From Clostridia bacterium (lineage in GTDB: Bacteria > Bacillota > Clostridia > Oscillospirales > CAG-272): a stretch of DNA of 44,857 bases. Below, in pieces: positions 26,328 to 35,650 of the stretch; the stretch's first letter is position 1, and the number at the start of each line of letters is the position of its first letter. The stretch spans positions 1 through 44,857 of the forward strand of contig JAFULU010000002.1 in the NCBI GenBank assembly GCA_017483125.1, read 5' to 3'. The translations under genes and the position numbers were made by a program. A model generated the notes under the pieces. That model had not been told where the DNA came from and did no database searches. It saw only the letters and a program-made list of their open reading frames with translations.

Positions 26328-27260
26328 TTACAGGGATTTATTCAGATTCTTTTCGTAAAACGCCATGATCTTTTCAAGGCGGTGGTGGAGTCCCGATTTC
26401 GTAATGGGCGGGAAGTGAAGCTCCGCCAGCTCCGCCAGAGTAATGTCGGGGTTGTTCATACGGAGTCTGGCCGTAAACTGCAGCTCCTCGGGGAGAGCGG
26501 CCAAGAGGTTGTGCTCCTCCAGATACTCGATGGCTGTGAAATGCTTGGCACCGGTTCGGACGGCGCGGTTGATGTTCTCGGTGACGCAGTTGGTGGCGCG
26601 GTTCTCGTCGTTACGGATGGACCGCTCGATCTCGGCGTTATAAAAGTTGAACAGGGAAGTGGTGGCACCCATATAGGCCAGAAGCTCCTGAATGTTACTG
26701 CCGCTCTTACAGAAAAGGCCCGTCTGGCCGTTTCTGGAGGTAAAGCCCAACTCAAAGCCAGACTCTGCCAGAAGGATGCGCACAGGCTCCACGCGGCCGT
26801 CGGTGGGAAGCTTGATCTCCAGATGGTAGGACTTAGCGGGATCGTTCACCGTACCGCGGGCAATGAAGAGACCCCGCAGAAAATGGGCGGCGCAATGCTC
26901 ACATTTGAAGCCCATAAAGCGGGTCAGAGTCTCGCACTCGGCCTCCTCCTCGGGGAGATTCATCATGGCGCGGAGATTCTTGGCGGCGGCCTTGTAGTCA
27001 AAGGAGACGCGGGCATAGCGGTGGGCACCGCGGGTCTCATGTGTCACGGACGCTTCACGGGAAAACAGAGTATGTATGAGTCCCACGGCCTGCTTGTGGG
27101 GATAGTAGGACGCGTCCTTCGCCACGGGAAAGATAGCAGTGACGGCGGTGCCCTCTACCTCGGCGCAGTAGATCAGACCGTACAGGTAAGCGCGGCGGCA
27201 GCAAAGGGGCTTGATGGGAAGCAGTCCCAGCTCGTCGCGGATCTCGGAAGAAATAGACAT
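26328..27260 (-). CDS. whiA: DNA-binding sporulation/cell-division regulator WhiA
   Basis: LAGLIDADG-like core and C-terminal HTH LAELAELHFPPITKSGLHHRLEKI. Confidence 0.9.
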   Translation of the reverse strand: MSISSEIRDELGLLPIKPLCCRRAYLYGLIYCAEVEGTAVTAIFPVAKDASYYPHKQAVGLIHTLFSREASVTHETRGAHRYARVSFDYKAAAKNLRAMMNLPEEEAECETLTRFMGFKCEHCAAHFLRGLFIARGTVNDPAKSYHLEIKLPTDGRVEPVRILLAESGFELGFTSRNGQTGLFCKSGSNIQELLAYMGATTSLFNFYNAEIERSIRNDENRATNCVTENINRAVRTGAKHFTAIEYLEEHNLLAALPEELQFTARLRMNNPDITLAELAELHFPPITKSGLHHRLEKIMAFYEKNLNKSL

Positions 27261-27283
27261 GATTTACTCTCCTTGGCTTGACC

Positions 27284-28300
27284 TTACCAGGTATCCGTAT
27301 CGGTGATCCCGTCCACCACCAGTCGGATCTCACACTCCAGTCGGTAACGGTAGAGCTTTTCCACCTCGTCCCGCACAAGGCACACCAAGGCCTTGACGTC
27401 CTCGGCGGTGGCACCGCCCGTGTTGATGATGAAGCCCGCGTGCTTTTCGGAGACCTGTGCGCCCCCCACGGCCACGCCCTTCAGCCCCGCCGTGTCGATC
27501 ATCCTGGCGGCGAAATTGTCCACGGGACGCTTGAACACACTCCCCGCGCTGGGGAACTCCACGGGTTGCTTTTCCTTGCGGGAGTCCCTGTTCTTCTTCA
27601 TCTGCTCCCGAATGGCGGGGCCGTAGCCGTAGCTCAGCTTGAAAACACCGCTGAGCACGATCCACTCGGGGTGATCCAGAAAGATGCTGTGACGGTAGGA
27701 AAGATCCATTTCGCTGTCCCGAAGCTGAACGATCTGACCTGTGGACAGATCATAATACTCGGTGGACACCAGAACCTGCTCAATATCCGAGCCGTAGGCA
27801 CCCGCGTTCATGACGATGGCACCGCCCACGGTCCCGGGGATCCCGCAGGCGAATTCCAGACCCGAAAGCTCACGGTCGGGCTGACCGCAAATGTAGGACA
27901 GGACCTTGAGAGGGGCACCGCACTCGGCGTACACACGGCAGAAGGGGGCGATGCTTTCCACCGCAGCTCTGCGGAAGGCCTCGCGGTCGGGGGCTTCATC
28001 CTCCTCAAACACCACCCGCTTGGCTTTGGTGGTGAGCACCACCAGACCGTGGAAGCCTTTGTCCGAAACAAGGACGTTGGAGCCCTTGCCCAGAACACGG
28101 AGGGGACAGCCGCCTCCCAGCTCCCGCCAGAGGGAGAGGACCAGAACGGTTTGCGCCTTGCCCGAGGGCCACACGGTGAGAGCCGCGTTGCCGCCGATCT
28201 TGAAGGACGTATGCAGGGACATGGGCTCATCCCACTTGCAGAGGATTCCGTTTTCACGGAAGGCAGTGTACAGAGCCTCGAGGGCTTCTTGATAGGGCAT
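27284..28300 (-). CDS. murB: UDP-N-acetylenolpyruvoylglucosamine reductase
   Basis: SFKIGGNA, GGAIVMNAGAYG, SAGSVFKRP. Confidence 0.94.
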   Translation of the reverse strand: MPYQEALEALYTAFRENGILCKWDEPMSLHTSFKIGGNAALTVWPSGKAQTVLVLSLWRELGGGCPLRVLGKGSNVLVSDKGFHGLVVLTTKAKRVVFEEDEAPDREAFRRAAVESIAPFCRVYAECGAPLKVLSYICGQPDRELSGLEFACGIPGTVGGAIVMNAGAYGSDIEQVLVSTEYYDLSTGQIVQLRDSEMDLSYRHSIFLDHPEWIVLSGVFKLSYGYGPAIREQMKKNRDSRKEKQPVEFPSAGSVFKRPVDNFAARMIDTAGLKGVAVGGAQVSEKHAGFIINTGGATAEDVKALVCLVRDEVEKLYRYRLECEIRLVVDGITDTDTW

Positions 28301-28353
28301 GGCGACTCCTTTCCCGCGCTTCGGCGCGATATGGTGGTATGGAACTTGTTGAC

Positions 28354-29049
28354 TTACGTGATAGAGCCTACGAGGATCTCTCTGATCTCTGCGAGATCCC
28401 GAACCGTGTAGGTAATGGGCATATTCGCGGGCGCATTCTTTCCCTTGGGATTGTACCAGCAGGTATCCAGCCCCGCGTTGATGCCGCCCTGAATATCGGA
28501 GGACAGGGAATCACCGATGACAATGGCCTCTTTAGGGTCAAAATCGGGGATGGCGGCGGCTACCCCGTCGAAAAACCGCTTTTCGGGCTTGGCACAGCCC
28601 ATCTGCTCCGAGATGAAGCAATGTTCAAAGTAGGGAGCCAGAGGACAGGCACCGAAACGGCTCTTCTGAACCGCGGTGATGCCGTTGGTGACGATATAGA
28701 GACGGCACTTGCCGTACAGACCTTGGATCAGCTCCAGTGCACCCTCCAGCAGGTGAGTTTGCCTTCCGAGAGTGGACTCGTAGTCCCGCGCCATCAGTAC
28801 AGGATCACCATTGTAGCCCACCGTGGCGAAATAATCGGCGAATCGCTCCACCTTCAGTCGGTCTCTTGTGGTCTCACCCCGCTCCAGCCGCTTCCAATGT
28901 CCGTCGTTTATGGCGGAATAGACCGAGACCGTCTCCTCGCTATTGTCAAGTCCGCGGGCGGCCAGACAGGCGCAAAGGGCGTCGTGCTCGGCGCGGGTGA
29001 AGTCCAGGAGGGTGTTGTCGGCATCGAAAAGAGCGATGGAGTAGGGCAT
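28354..29049 (-). CDS. HAD hydrolase, YjjG-type nucleotidase family
   Basis: ALFDADNTLLDF (DxD) and GDSLSSDIQGGINAG. Confidence 0.82.
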   Translation of the reverse strand: MPYSIALFDADNTLLDFTRAEHDALCACLAARGLDNSEETVSVYSAINDGHWKRLERGETTRDRLKVERFADYFATVGYNGDPVLMARDYESTLGRQTHLLEGALELIQGLYGKCRLYIVTNGITAVQKSRFGACPLAPYFEHCFISEQMGCAKPEKRFFDGVAAAIPDFDPKEAIVIGDSLSSDIQGGINAGLDTCWYNPKGKNAPANMPITYTVRDLAEIREILVGSIT

Positions 29050-29247
29050 GATGTTCTCCTTTTAGAAGGGTATGCGGGATGAAAAATGTATGTGAATACG
29101 CATGATATATCATACCACAAATCCCGACTATTTGCAAGGGGCGGAGGTGGATTTTTTGACAAAAATTTTCCCGCTCTTGACAAATGCCCTCCGCCGTGTT
29201 ACAATAGAGTCAGTCCTCAATCCTCAAGCCAAAAGGAGACGGAGCCC

Positions 29248-30204
29248 ATGTCCAAGTCCTACTATCTCGCCGCCGACGGAGGCGGCACCAAGCTCCAGAC
29301 CATTCTCTACGACAGCGACCTCCGCGTAGTCAGAACGGGGCGGGTTGCGGGGGTCAATACCCTGTATAAGCCCGCCGACGTGGTTCGGGCCAACGTGGAG
29401 AACATGATGACCGAGCTGCTCAAAGATCTGGACGGAACCGTTATCGCGGCCGATCTTTGTCTGCTGGGTGCCAAAGACGCCGTGGAGTCCCCGATCCTCA
29501 AGCAGAATCCCGCCTGTGATATCCGTTTCCATAGCGAGCCCAACGTGGGTCTTGCCGCCTGCCTCAAAACCGAGGGAGCCGTGGCTCTGTCAGGGACAGG
29601 ATCGGACGCCTTCCTCATCAAAAAGGGCGAACGGTTCAAGGCCATTGGGGGATGGGGGCCCCTCCTCGGGGACGAGGGGAGCGGCTACGATATCGGTCTC
29701 AACGCCATCAAGGCCGCTATTTACTCCTACGACGGCCGTAAGGAGAAGTCCATGCTCTACGACCTTGTCATGGAAAGATGGAATCTGACGGATCTGTGGG
29801 GCATCGTGCACCATCTGGCGGGAAATCCCGATGCCCGTCACGAGGTGGCCTCCGCCGCCAAGCTCTGTTCCAAGGCCGCCCACGCGGGGGATAAGACCGC
29901 CCTGCGCATCTACGAGCACGCCGCTCTGGAAATGTCCTTACAGACACGCACCGCCATTGACGGTCACAGGGATCAATGGGACGGCACCGTGGTGGTCATG
30001 GGCGGGGCCTGGAAGGGCCATCCCCGTATGTTCGAGGTCTTCAAGGCCGAGATGGAGCTGGTCTACCCCGAGGCAAGGGTCAGTCTCCCCGTCTTTGAGC
30101 CGGTTGTAGGCTGTGCCGTACTTCGTCTGTTGGAGCAAGGCAAAGACCCCGCAGAGCTCTTGGAGCCGCTCACGCAAGGATTCTCACAATTTCTCTATCA
30201 TTGA
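29248..30204 (+). CDS. BadF/BadG/BcrA/BcrD-type ATPase (N-acetylglucosamine-kinase-like sugar kinase)
   Basis: YYLAADGGGTKL and GWGPLLGDEGSGYDIG. ATG at 29248 follows aaaggag; the listed ORF starts at 29086. Confidence 0.82.
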   Translation: MSKSYYLAADGGGTKLQTILYDSDLRVVRTGRVAGVNTLYKPADVVRANVENMMTELLKDLDGTVIAADLCLLGAKDAVESPILKQNPACDIRFHSEPNVGLAACLKTEGAVALSGTGSDAFLIKKGERFKAIGGWGPLLGDEGSGYDIGLNAIKAAIYSYDGRKEKSMLYDLVMERWNLTDLWGIVHHLAGNPDARHEVASAAKLCSKAAHAGDKTALRIYEHAALEMSLQTRTAIDGHRDQWDGTVVVMGGAWKGHPRMFEVFKAEMELVYPEARVSLPVFEPVVGCAVLRLLEQGKDPAELLEPLTQGFSQFLYH

Positions 30205-30219
30205 CAGGAGGGAAGCACC

Positions 30220-30960
30220 GTGTCCGTTATTTTTGAGTACCACAAGCACGTTACCGACATTCTGACCGAGGTGTTTGATAAGGAAGCCGCCGCCATGGAG
30301 GAGGCCGCCGCAGCTCTGGCCGCCGCGAACAAGGAAGGCCGTTCCATTTTTGGCTTTGGCTGTAATCACGCGGGACTCATCACCCTGGAGCTGTTCTACC
30401 GCACGGGCGGTATGGTCACCGTCAACCCCATCCGTGCCCCGGGCATGATGCTGGAGCTGTCTCCTCCCACCATGACCAGCGAAATGGAGCGCATTCCCGG
30501 TTACGGTCGGATCATCCTGAATAACGAGCCCTGCAAAGAGGGAGATATTCTCATCATCCACTCGGTATCGGGGCGCAACGCCGTGACCATAGATATGGCT
30601 GAGTGCGCCAGAGAGAAGGGAATGACCGTCATTGTGGTCACCAACATGAACACCGCCACCTCGGTGACCTCCCGCCATCCCTCGGGCAAGATGCTCCACG
30701 ATTTCGCCTCCATCCTCATTGACAATCACGGCGACCGCGGTGACGCCACCATTCAGCTCTCGGGCTTTGAGCAGAAGCTGGCCTCCACCTCTACCGTCGT
30801 GGGCGCGGCCATCCTCAACGCCGTGACCGCCAGAGCCTCCGAGCTTCTGTGGGCCGAGGGCATCAAGCCCCCCGTGTTCATGAGCGGAAACATCGACGGC
30901 GGCGACGCTTACAATAAGGCGGTCATTGCCGAGCATAAGGATAATATTTTCTATATGTGA
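30220..30960 (+). CDS. SIS-domain protein (UPF0309-like sugar-phosphate isomerase/binding)
   Basis: SIFGFGCNHAG and IIHSVSGRN SIS motifs. GTG start follows aggaggg, 15 nt after the kinase stop. Confidence 0.78.
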   Translation: MSVIFEYHKHVTDILTEVFDKEAAAMEEAAAALAAANKEGRSIFGFGCNHAGLITLELFYRTGGMVTVNPIRAPGMMLELSPPTMTSEMERIPGYGRIILNNEPCKEGDILIIHSVSGRNAVTIDMAECAREKGMTVIVVTNMNTATSVTSRHPSGKMLHDFASILIDNHGDRGDATIQLSGFEQKLASTSTVVGAAILNAVTARASELLWAEGIKPPVFMSGNIDGGDAYNKAVIAEHKDNIFYM

Positions 30961-31003
30961 GACGGATCGGGAATGACCGCGGACGGAGCGTAAAAATAAA
31001 ACG

Positions 31004-31020
31004 CCCCCGATCGGGGGATT
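31004..31020 (+). terminator. Weak terminator after the SIS gene
   Basis: Palindrome cccccgatcggggg followed by attt. Confidence 0.45.
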
Positions 31021-31323
31021 TACGTAGATTTCGGGGTTCAGGGAATGATATTCTATTATATCTACGAAAATGTACTAAATCAAAGTTTAGTATATTTTAG
31101 GGAAGGTATTTTTGCGGTTATACGGCTGTTTTGAGCCATCAGCTCCCAACACCCGTCCGTCATAATGTAGTGAATTCCGCACTCAAAATTGTCCATTCCT
31201 ACAAAGATTTTTTATTTGTGAAAAACTCTTTCTTTTTTCATCAATTTATGGTATAATATTTTTAATAACGGATATGTTGCCGTATTCTTGCGGCATCAAC
31301 CGATTTCAGGAGGATTATTCATT

Positions 31324-31755
31324 ATGGCACTGATCAAGATGCGTGTTCTGTACGATTCCAAGAAGAAAGGCATGGCCCAGTTCGCTAAGGTGATCGCCGA
31401 CAAGTACGAGCTGTCCGTCAACGCCACCAGCGGAAAATTCCCCCCCGAGTATCCCTGCGACAAGGAGCGCATCGTGGTTCTGGGTCTCTCCGCCAAGGGT
31501 GAGTTGTCCGATGACGTTCGCCGCTTCTGCGCCGAGCTGAACAAGACCCGCGCCTCCAACGTGGCTCTGCTCATCGACGGCGATCAGGCTACCGCTGATA
31601 AGGTCGCCGAGATCATCAAGAACGCCGGTACCAATCTGGTCGGCACCAAGGTTATCTCCTTCGGTGGCTTCCTCATGTTCGGTGGCACCCTGACCCCCGA
31701 GCTGCAAACCGAGCTGGTCGCCTGGGTCGAGGAAATGGTCGCCGGCTGCAAGTGA
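31324..31755 (+). CDS. Hypothetical 143-aa protein, possibly flavodoxin-like fold with a degenerate FMN loop
   Basis: MRVLYDSKKKGMAQFAKVIA...IVVLGLS resembles flavodoxin strand-loop-helix but lacks the T/S-x-T-G-x-T loop. ATG at 31324 follows aggagga. Extended -10 TGgTATAAT at 31249-31257. Confidence 0.55.
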   Translation: MALIKMRVLYDSKKKGMAQFAKVIADKYELSVNATSGKFPPEYPCDKERIVVLGLSAKGELSDDVRRFCAELNKTRASNVALLIDGDQATADKVAEIIKNAGTNLVGTKVISFGGFLMFGGTLTPELQTELVAWVEEMVAGCK

Positions 31756-31840
31756 TCTCCTTACATACGCGGTCATTTGAACGCAATTCTTGGAGAATTG
31801 ATCCATTATTATACTAAATCTTTTCTCTTAAACAGAAATA

Positions 31841-31875
31841 ACCACCGTAAAGCCTTGCGCTGAACGGTGGTTTTT
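31841..31875. terminator. Terminator between convergent genes
   Basis: accaccgt-aaagccttgcgctga-acggtggt followed by ttttt. Confidence 0.65.
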
Positions 31876-31884
31876 CGTTATCCA

Positions 31885-32763
31885 TCAATGCTTTTTCTCG
31901 TTTATCAGCCATTCGAGACGGTCTGCCAGATACTGAGTGGTATCCGCCATGTACTTCGCGGCCGTCGGGATGAAATCCGCGGGATACGGGGCTAAGAAGG
32001 AGTCGGACTCCATGGTAAATTCCCCGCTGTAGTCAATGTCCGCCAGAGCCTCCACCACGGCACTCCAGTTCACCCGCCCCAGATACGGGATGGTGTGCAG
32101 ATCGTTCACATAATCCACGTCGTGGACGTGAAGAGCGCCAAGACGGTCGTGGCCGAGGATACGGATGGCGTCCTGCGGTTCCCTGCCGCACAGAGCCACG
32201 TGTCCGATGTCCAGGCAGACCGTGAAATGCTCGGGGTCATTCAGGGTATCGTAGTAGGCCGCCAGCTCGTGGGGATCCGCGCAGACGTCGTCACAGATGC
32301 GATGGGTCACAGGATGGGTCTGCCACATATTCTCAATGGCGATCTTGATGCCGTGCTTCTCGGACAGCGGGATCAGGGAGCGGTAGAAGTCCATATTCAT
32401 GTCGAACAGTTCCCTCTCCCGGCCGTAGTATCTTCCCTGCTGGAGGGGGTGGACCACGATCTGCCGCACCCCGAGGATCTCGCAGAACGCAAAAACACGG
32501 GGGAACGTGGGGATCAGATTCTTGGTGTAGTGGTCATAGCCGCCGCCAAAGGGGGCGTGGGCCTGGTTGATGATGACCCCGCGGGCCTTGGCGCGCTCAT
32601 AAAGCTCCTTTGCGGTATCCGTCCAGCCTTCCTCAAAGAGATACTCGTTACGGCCGAACAAGGATATATCAATGGCGGGATAGCCCGCGTCCATGAGGGT
32701 GTCAAAGGCGTAGTTGAGGCCACCGCGGGCGGCCAAATGGGAGGTCTGGCAGGAATAGAGCAT
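31885..32763 (-). CDS. Xylose-isomerase-like TIM-barrel sugar phosphate isomerase/epimerase
   Basis: HGIKIAIENM and LHVHD metal-ligand pattern; 292 aa. Confidence 0.8.
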   Translation of the reverse strand: MLYSCQTSHLAARGGLNYAFDTLMDAGYPAIDISLFGRNEYLFEEGWTDTAKELYERAKARGVIINQAHAPFGGGYDHYTKNLIPTFPRVFAFCEILGVRQIVVHPLQQGRYYGRERELFDMNMDFYRSLIPLSEKHGIKIAIENMWQTHPVTHRICDDVCADPHELAAYYDTLNDPEHFTVCLDIGHVALCGREPQDAIRILGHDRLGALHVHDVDYVNDLHTIPYLGRVNWSAVVEALADIDYSGEFTMESDSFLAPYPADFIPTAAKYMADTTQYLADRLEWLINEKKH

Positions 32764-32794
32764 GGCGGTACTTCCTTTCGGTTTTGATGTCTAC

Positions 32795-32823
32795 ATTATA
32801 CCCAAAGGAAGGATACTTGTCAA
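32795..32823 (-). promoter_or_regulatory. Perfect consensus sigma-A promoter (TTGACA-17-TATAAT) for the TIM-barrel gene
   Basis: Plus-strand TGTCAA 32818-32823 and ATTATA 32795-32800. The -35 box lies inside palindrome 32813-32827. Confidence 0.6.
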
Positions 32824-32862
32824 GTATTTTGGCAAAATCCACGGGAATATTTCATTATTATG

Positions 32863-32891
32863 TTGACAAAACGCCCCAAATCCGTTATAAT
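32863..32891 (+). promoter_or_regulatory. Perfect consensus sigma-A promoter (TTGACA-17-TATAAT) for the GH78-like gene
   Basis: TTGACA 32863-32868, TATAAT 32886-32891. Confidence 0.6.
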
Positions 32892-32947
32892 ATTCTATGA
32901 CATATTGCCAAAATGTCCCGAATCTTACCCACAGAAAGGATTTTACC

Positions 32948-35170
32948 ATGAGTGAATGGATCCGCGTCGAGGAAACTCCCTCGGCCCCCAGATTTTACTA
33001 CTTTGAAAAGGAATTCGATGCACCCGCGGGTGCTACGCTGAAGGCCTCTTCCTGCGGCGATACCCGCTATGTTCTCTACCTCAACGGTCATCTCGTCTCC
33101 GAGGGCCCCTGTCAGGGCTCCCAGTATGTGACCTACTACGAGACCGAGGATCTGACCCCCTACCTTGTGGAGGGCAAGAACAAGCTGATGGCCAAGGTGC
33201 TGTACGTCACCGAGGGCTTCTTCATCTCTGTCTACCGCCGCTCCCACCCCGCATTCTGGTTTGACGGTCAGCTCACCGTAAACGGCGAGACCACCGTTAT
33301 CTCCACCGACGAATCCTGGGCCTGCTTCCGCGAGGATGCCTGCGACTTCACTTTCGGTCAAGGCTGTCACACCTCCATCCCGCCCTTTGAGCAATGGAGC
33401 GGTGCTTCGGTCAGAACTCCCGTAAAGGTGCAAAGATTCTTTGAGTCCAATATGCACCGCGGCTCCTTTAATCTCTTCGGTCTGGACGATCCCTACGTCA
33501 TGAAGCCCCGTCCCATCCCCCAGATGGAGACCGAGCCCGCCCGTGATCTGGTTCCCGTGAGACAGGGCGAGGGCTTTGTGGAGTTTGATTCGGTCAATTA
33601 CACCACCGCCAAGCTCCGCTTCGTATTCAAGGCCAAGGCGGGCACCAAGCTTCGCCTGATCTTCTCGGAGTGCTATTCCGTCGCCGACGAAAAGGGCAAC
33701 CGCTACAAGGGCCGCCGCGACGCCTACGACGATCCCACCGCCAGACTGGACGGCGCATGGGACTCCCTCGTGGCCACGGGCGAGGAGCAGGAGTATATTC
33801 CCTTCTGGTACCGTTCCTTCCGCTTCGTGCGGGTGGAGTTTGAGGATCCCGACTGCGAGATCAAGACCTTCACCTACGCAAACTTCCACTACCCCCTGGA
33901 CAAGGCGGGTGTGTTCGAGTGTTCCAATCCCCGCTACAACAGGATGTGGGAGATCGGTCGCAACACGGTGCTTTGCTGTATGCACGAGATGTACGTGGAT
34001 TGCCCCTACTACGAGCAACAGCAGTACGATATGGACTCGGCCCTGGAGATGCTCTACACCATTCGCATGAGTGCCGACTACCGTATGCCCTTCAAGTCCA
34101 TCACCGACTTCTCCCATTCCCAGATTGCCGACGGTATGCTCCAGGCCAACTACCCCTCGGTCCTCGTCCAGGTCATCCCTGACTTCACCCTGTTCTGGAT
34201 CCTGATGGTCCGCGACTACCTGCGCTACACGGGTGACAGCAAGGTCGAGCTGGATCGCATCCGCGCCTTGACAGGTATCATGGATCGCGCTCTGGAGGGC
34301 TTCGTTCCCTACATGACCGACGAGGGACTCATCGGGGTGACTCCCTACTGGCACTTTGTGGACTGGGTGCCCGGCTGGCACGCGGGTGTGCCCAACGGTG
34401 GCTTCACCGAGCCTTTGACCGTCACCTCTCTCATGTACGCCGCCGCCCTCAAGGCCGCCGCTGAGATCAACGAGGCCGTGGGCCGTAAGGGCCTTGCCTC
34501 GGAGTACATCGCCCGCGCCGAGGAGATGATCGTAAACGTCCGCGCTCATTGCTACGACAGCGAGCTGGGTCTCTACCGCAACACCCCCTCGGTCAAGGAG
34601 TACAGCCAGCACACCACCCTGTGGGCCATCCTGTCGGGTGCCGTGACGGGTGAGGAGGCAGGAGCGCTGATGGACCGCACCTTTGACGGCCGTGTTCCCG
34701 TGGCGGTCTGCTCCTTCTCCATGAACCACTATATGTTCCGCGCGCTGGAGCTGTCGGGCCGCTACAATCAGTACGCCCCCAAGCAGCTGCAGGGCTGGGA
34801 GACTATGCTGGACTGGCACTGCACCACTTGGTGCGAGAACCCCGACGCCCCCCGCTCCGAGTGCCACGGCTGGAGCTCTGCCCCTACCTACGAGTTCTCG
34901 GCTATGGTGCTGGGTGTGTACCCCACCGCAAACGGCTACAAGTCGGTGCGCGTCAAGCCCATCGTGGACTGCTACGATCTGGATTGGGCCAAGGGTACCG
35001 TCCCCACTCCCCGCGGCATCATTTCGGTGGCTTGGGAGAAGCGCGACGGACATCTGACCCTTGACGTCACCCTCCCCGAGGGCGCGGATATGTCCTGCGA
35101 GGTCATTCTCCCCGACGGTCAGGTGCTGGCCCAGACAGAAGCAACCAAGCAGTATACCTGCAAGCTGTAA
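32948..35170 (+). CDS. Cytoplasmic GH78-like (alpha-L-rhamnosidase family) six-hairpin glycosidase
   Basis: N-terminal beta-sandwich (YYFEKEFDAP...RYVLYLNGHLV) and VDCPYYEQQQYDMDS at the start of the (alpha/alpha)6 domain. ATG at 32948 follows gaaagga. Confidence 0.72.
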   Translation: MSEWIRVEETPSAPRFYYFEKEFDAPAGATLKASSCGDTRYVLYLNGHLVSEGPCQGSQYVTYYETEDLTPYLVEGKNKLMAKVLYVTEGFFISVYRRSHPAFWFDGQLTVNGETTVISTDESWACFREDACDFTFGQGCHTSIPPFEQWSGASVRTPVKVQRFFESNMHRGSFNLFGLDDPYVMKPRPIPQMETEPARDLVPVRQGEGFVEFDSVNYTTAKLRFVFKAKAGTKLRLIFSECYSVADEKGNRYKGRRDAYDDPTARLDGAWDSLVATGEEQEYIPFWYRSFRFVRVEFEDPDCEIKTFTYANFHYPLDKAGVFECSNPRYNRMWEIGRNTVLCCMHEMYVDCPYYEQQQYDMDSALEMLYTIRMSADYRMPFKSITDFSHSQIADGMLQANYPSVLVQVIPDFTLFWILMVRDYLRYTGDSKVELDRIRALTGIMDRALEGFVPYMTDEGLIGVTPYWHFVDWVPGWHAGVPNGGFTEPLTVTSLMYAAALKAAAEINEAVGRKGLASEYIARAEEMIVNVRAHCYDSELGLYRNTPSVKEYSQHTTLWAILSGAVTGEEAGALMDRTFDGRVPVAVCSFSMNHYMFRALELSGRYNQYAPKQLQGWETMLDWHCTTWCENPDAPRSECHGWSSAPTYEFSAMVLGVYPTANGYKSVRVKPIVDCYDLDWAKGTVPTPRGIISVAWEKRDGHLTLDVTLPEGADMSCEVILPDGQVLAQTEATKQYTCKL

Positions 35171-35233
35171 ACAACAAGTGGAGCTTCCCTGCGCCTTCTG
35201 TAAGGGTGCTGTGATCCCATCGTCTCGTTATAC

Positions 35234-35273
35234 AAAAAAGGACTGTCTCTTTTGCTTGGAGACAGTCCTTTTT
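35234..35273. terminator. Bidirectional terminator (GH78-like gene and nfeD-SPFH operon)
   Basis: aaaaaa-ggactgtctc-ttttgcttg-gagacagtcc-ttttt. Confidence 0.8.
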
Positions 35274-35277
35274 GTGG

Positions 35278-35631
35278 TTATGATCCAATGGCTTGTTTTA
35301 TGAAGAAGATAACGACCTCCGCGGATCCCTTCATAAAGCTGATCGCTGATATGGACAAGGCTACAAGGAACACGATCTTGCACAGCCGCTGATACCCGGG
35401 GAGATCACCTTTCCTCTCATAGTGCCTCTTGGTCGGGTTGTATGGGCCAACGGTTTCGGTTGGCTTCAGCGCGTTCTTGTAGCTGAACAAGAAGAAGATC
35501 GACAGGAAGCACATACTGCACGAAAGACCGAACTCATTCGTATATTCCGCAAACAAACATTGCAGGGCAAACAGGATCAGCATCCATACGATCACAGAGA
35601 TCAGGATATTCACAAAGTATCTGTTTTTCAT
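35278..35631 (-). CDS. Hypothetical 117-aa membrane protein (3 predicted TM); visibly lower GC than its neighbours
   Basis: Hydrophobic segments ILISVIVWMLILFALQCLF, MCFLSIFFLFSY, IVFLVALSISAISF. Last gene before the terminator. Weak SD. Confidence 0.5.
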   Translation of the reverse strand: MKNRYFVNILISVIVWMLILFALQCLFAEYTNEFGLSCSMCFLSIFFLFSYKNALKPTETVGPYNPTKRHYERKGDLPGYQRLCKIVFLVALSISAISFMKGSAEVVIFFIKQAIGS

Positions 35632-35650
35632 AGGTGTTCCATGTCAATTC

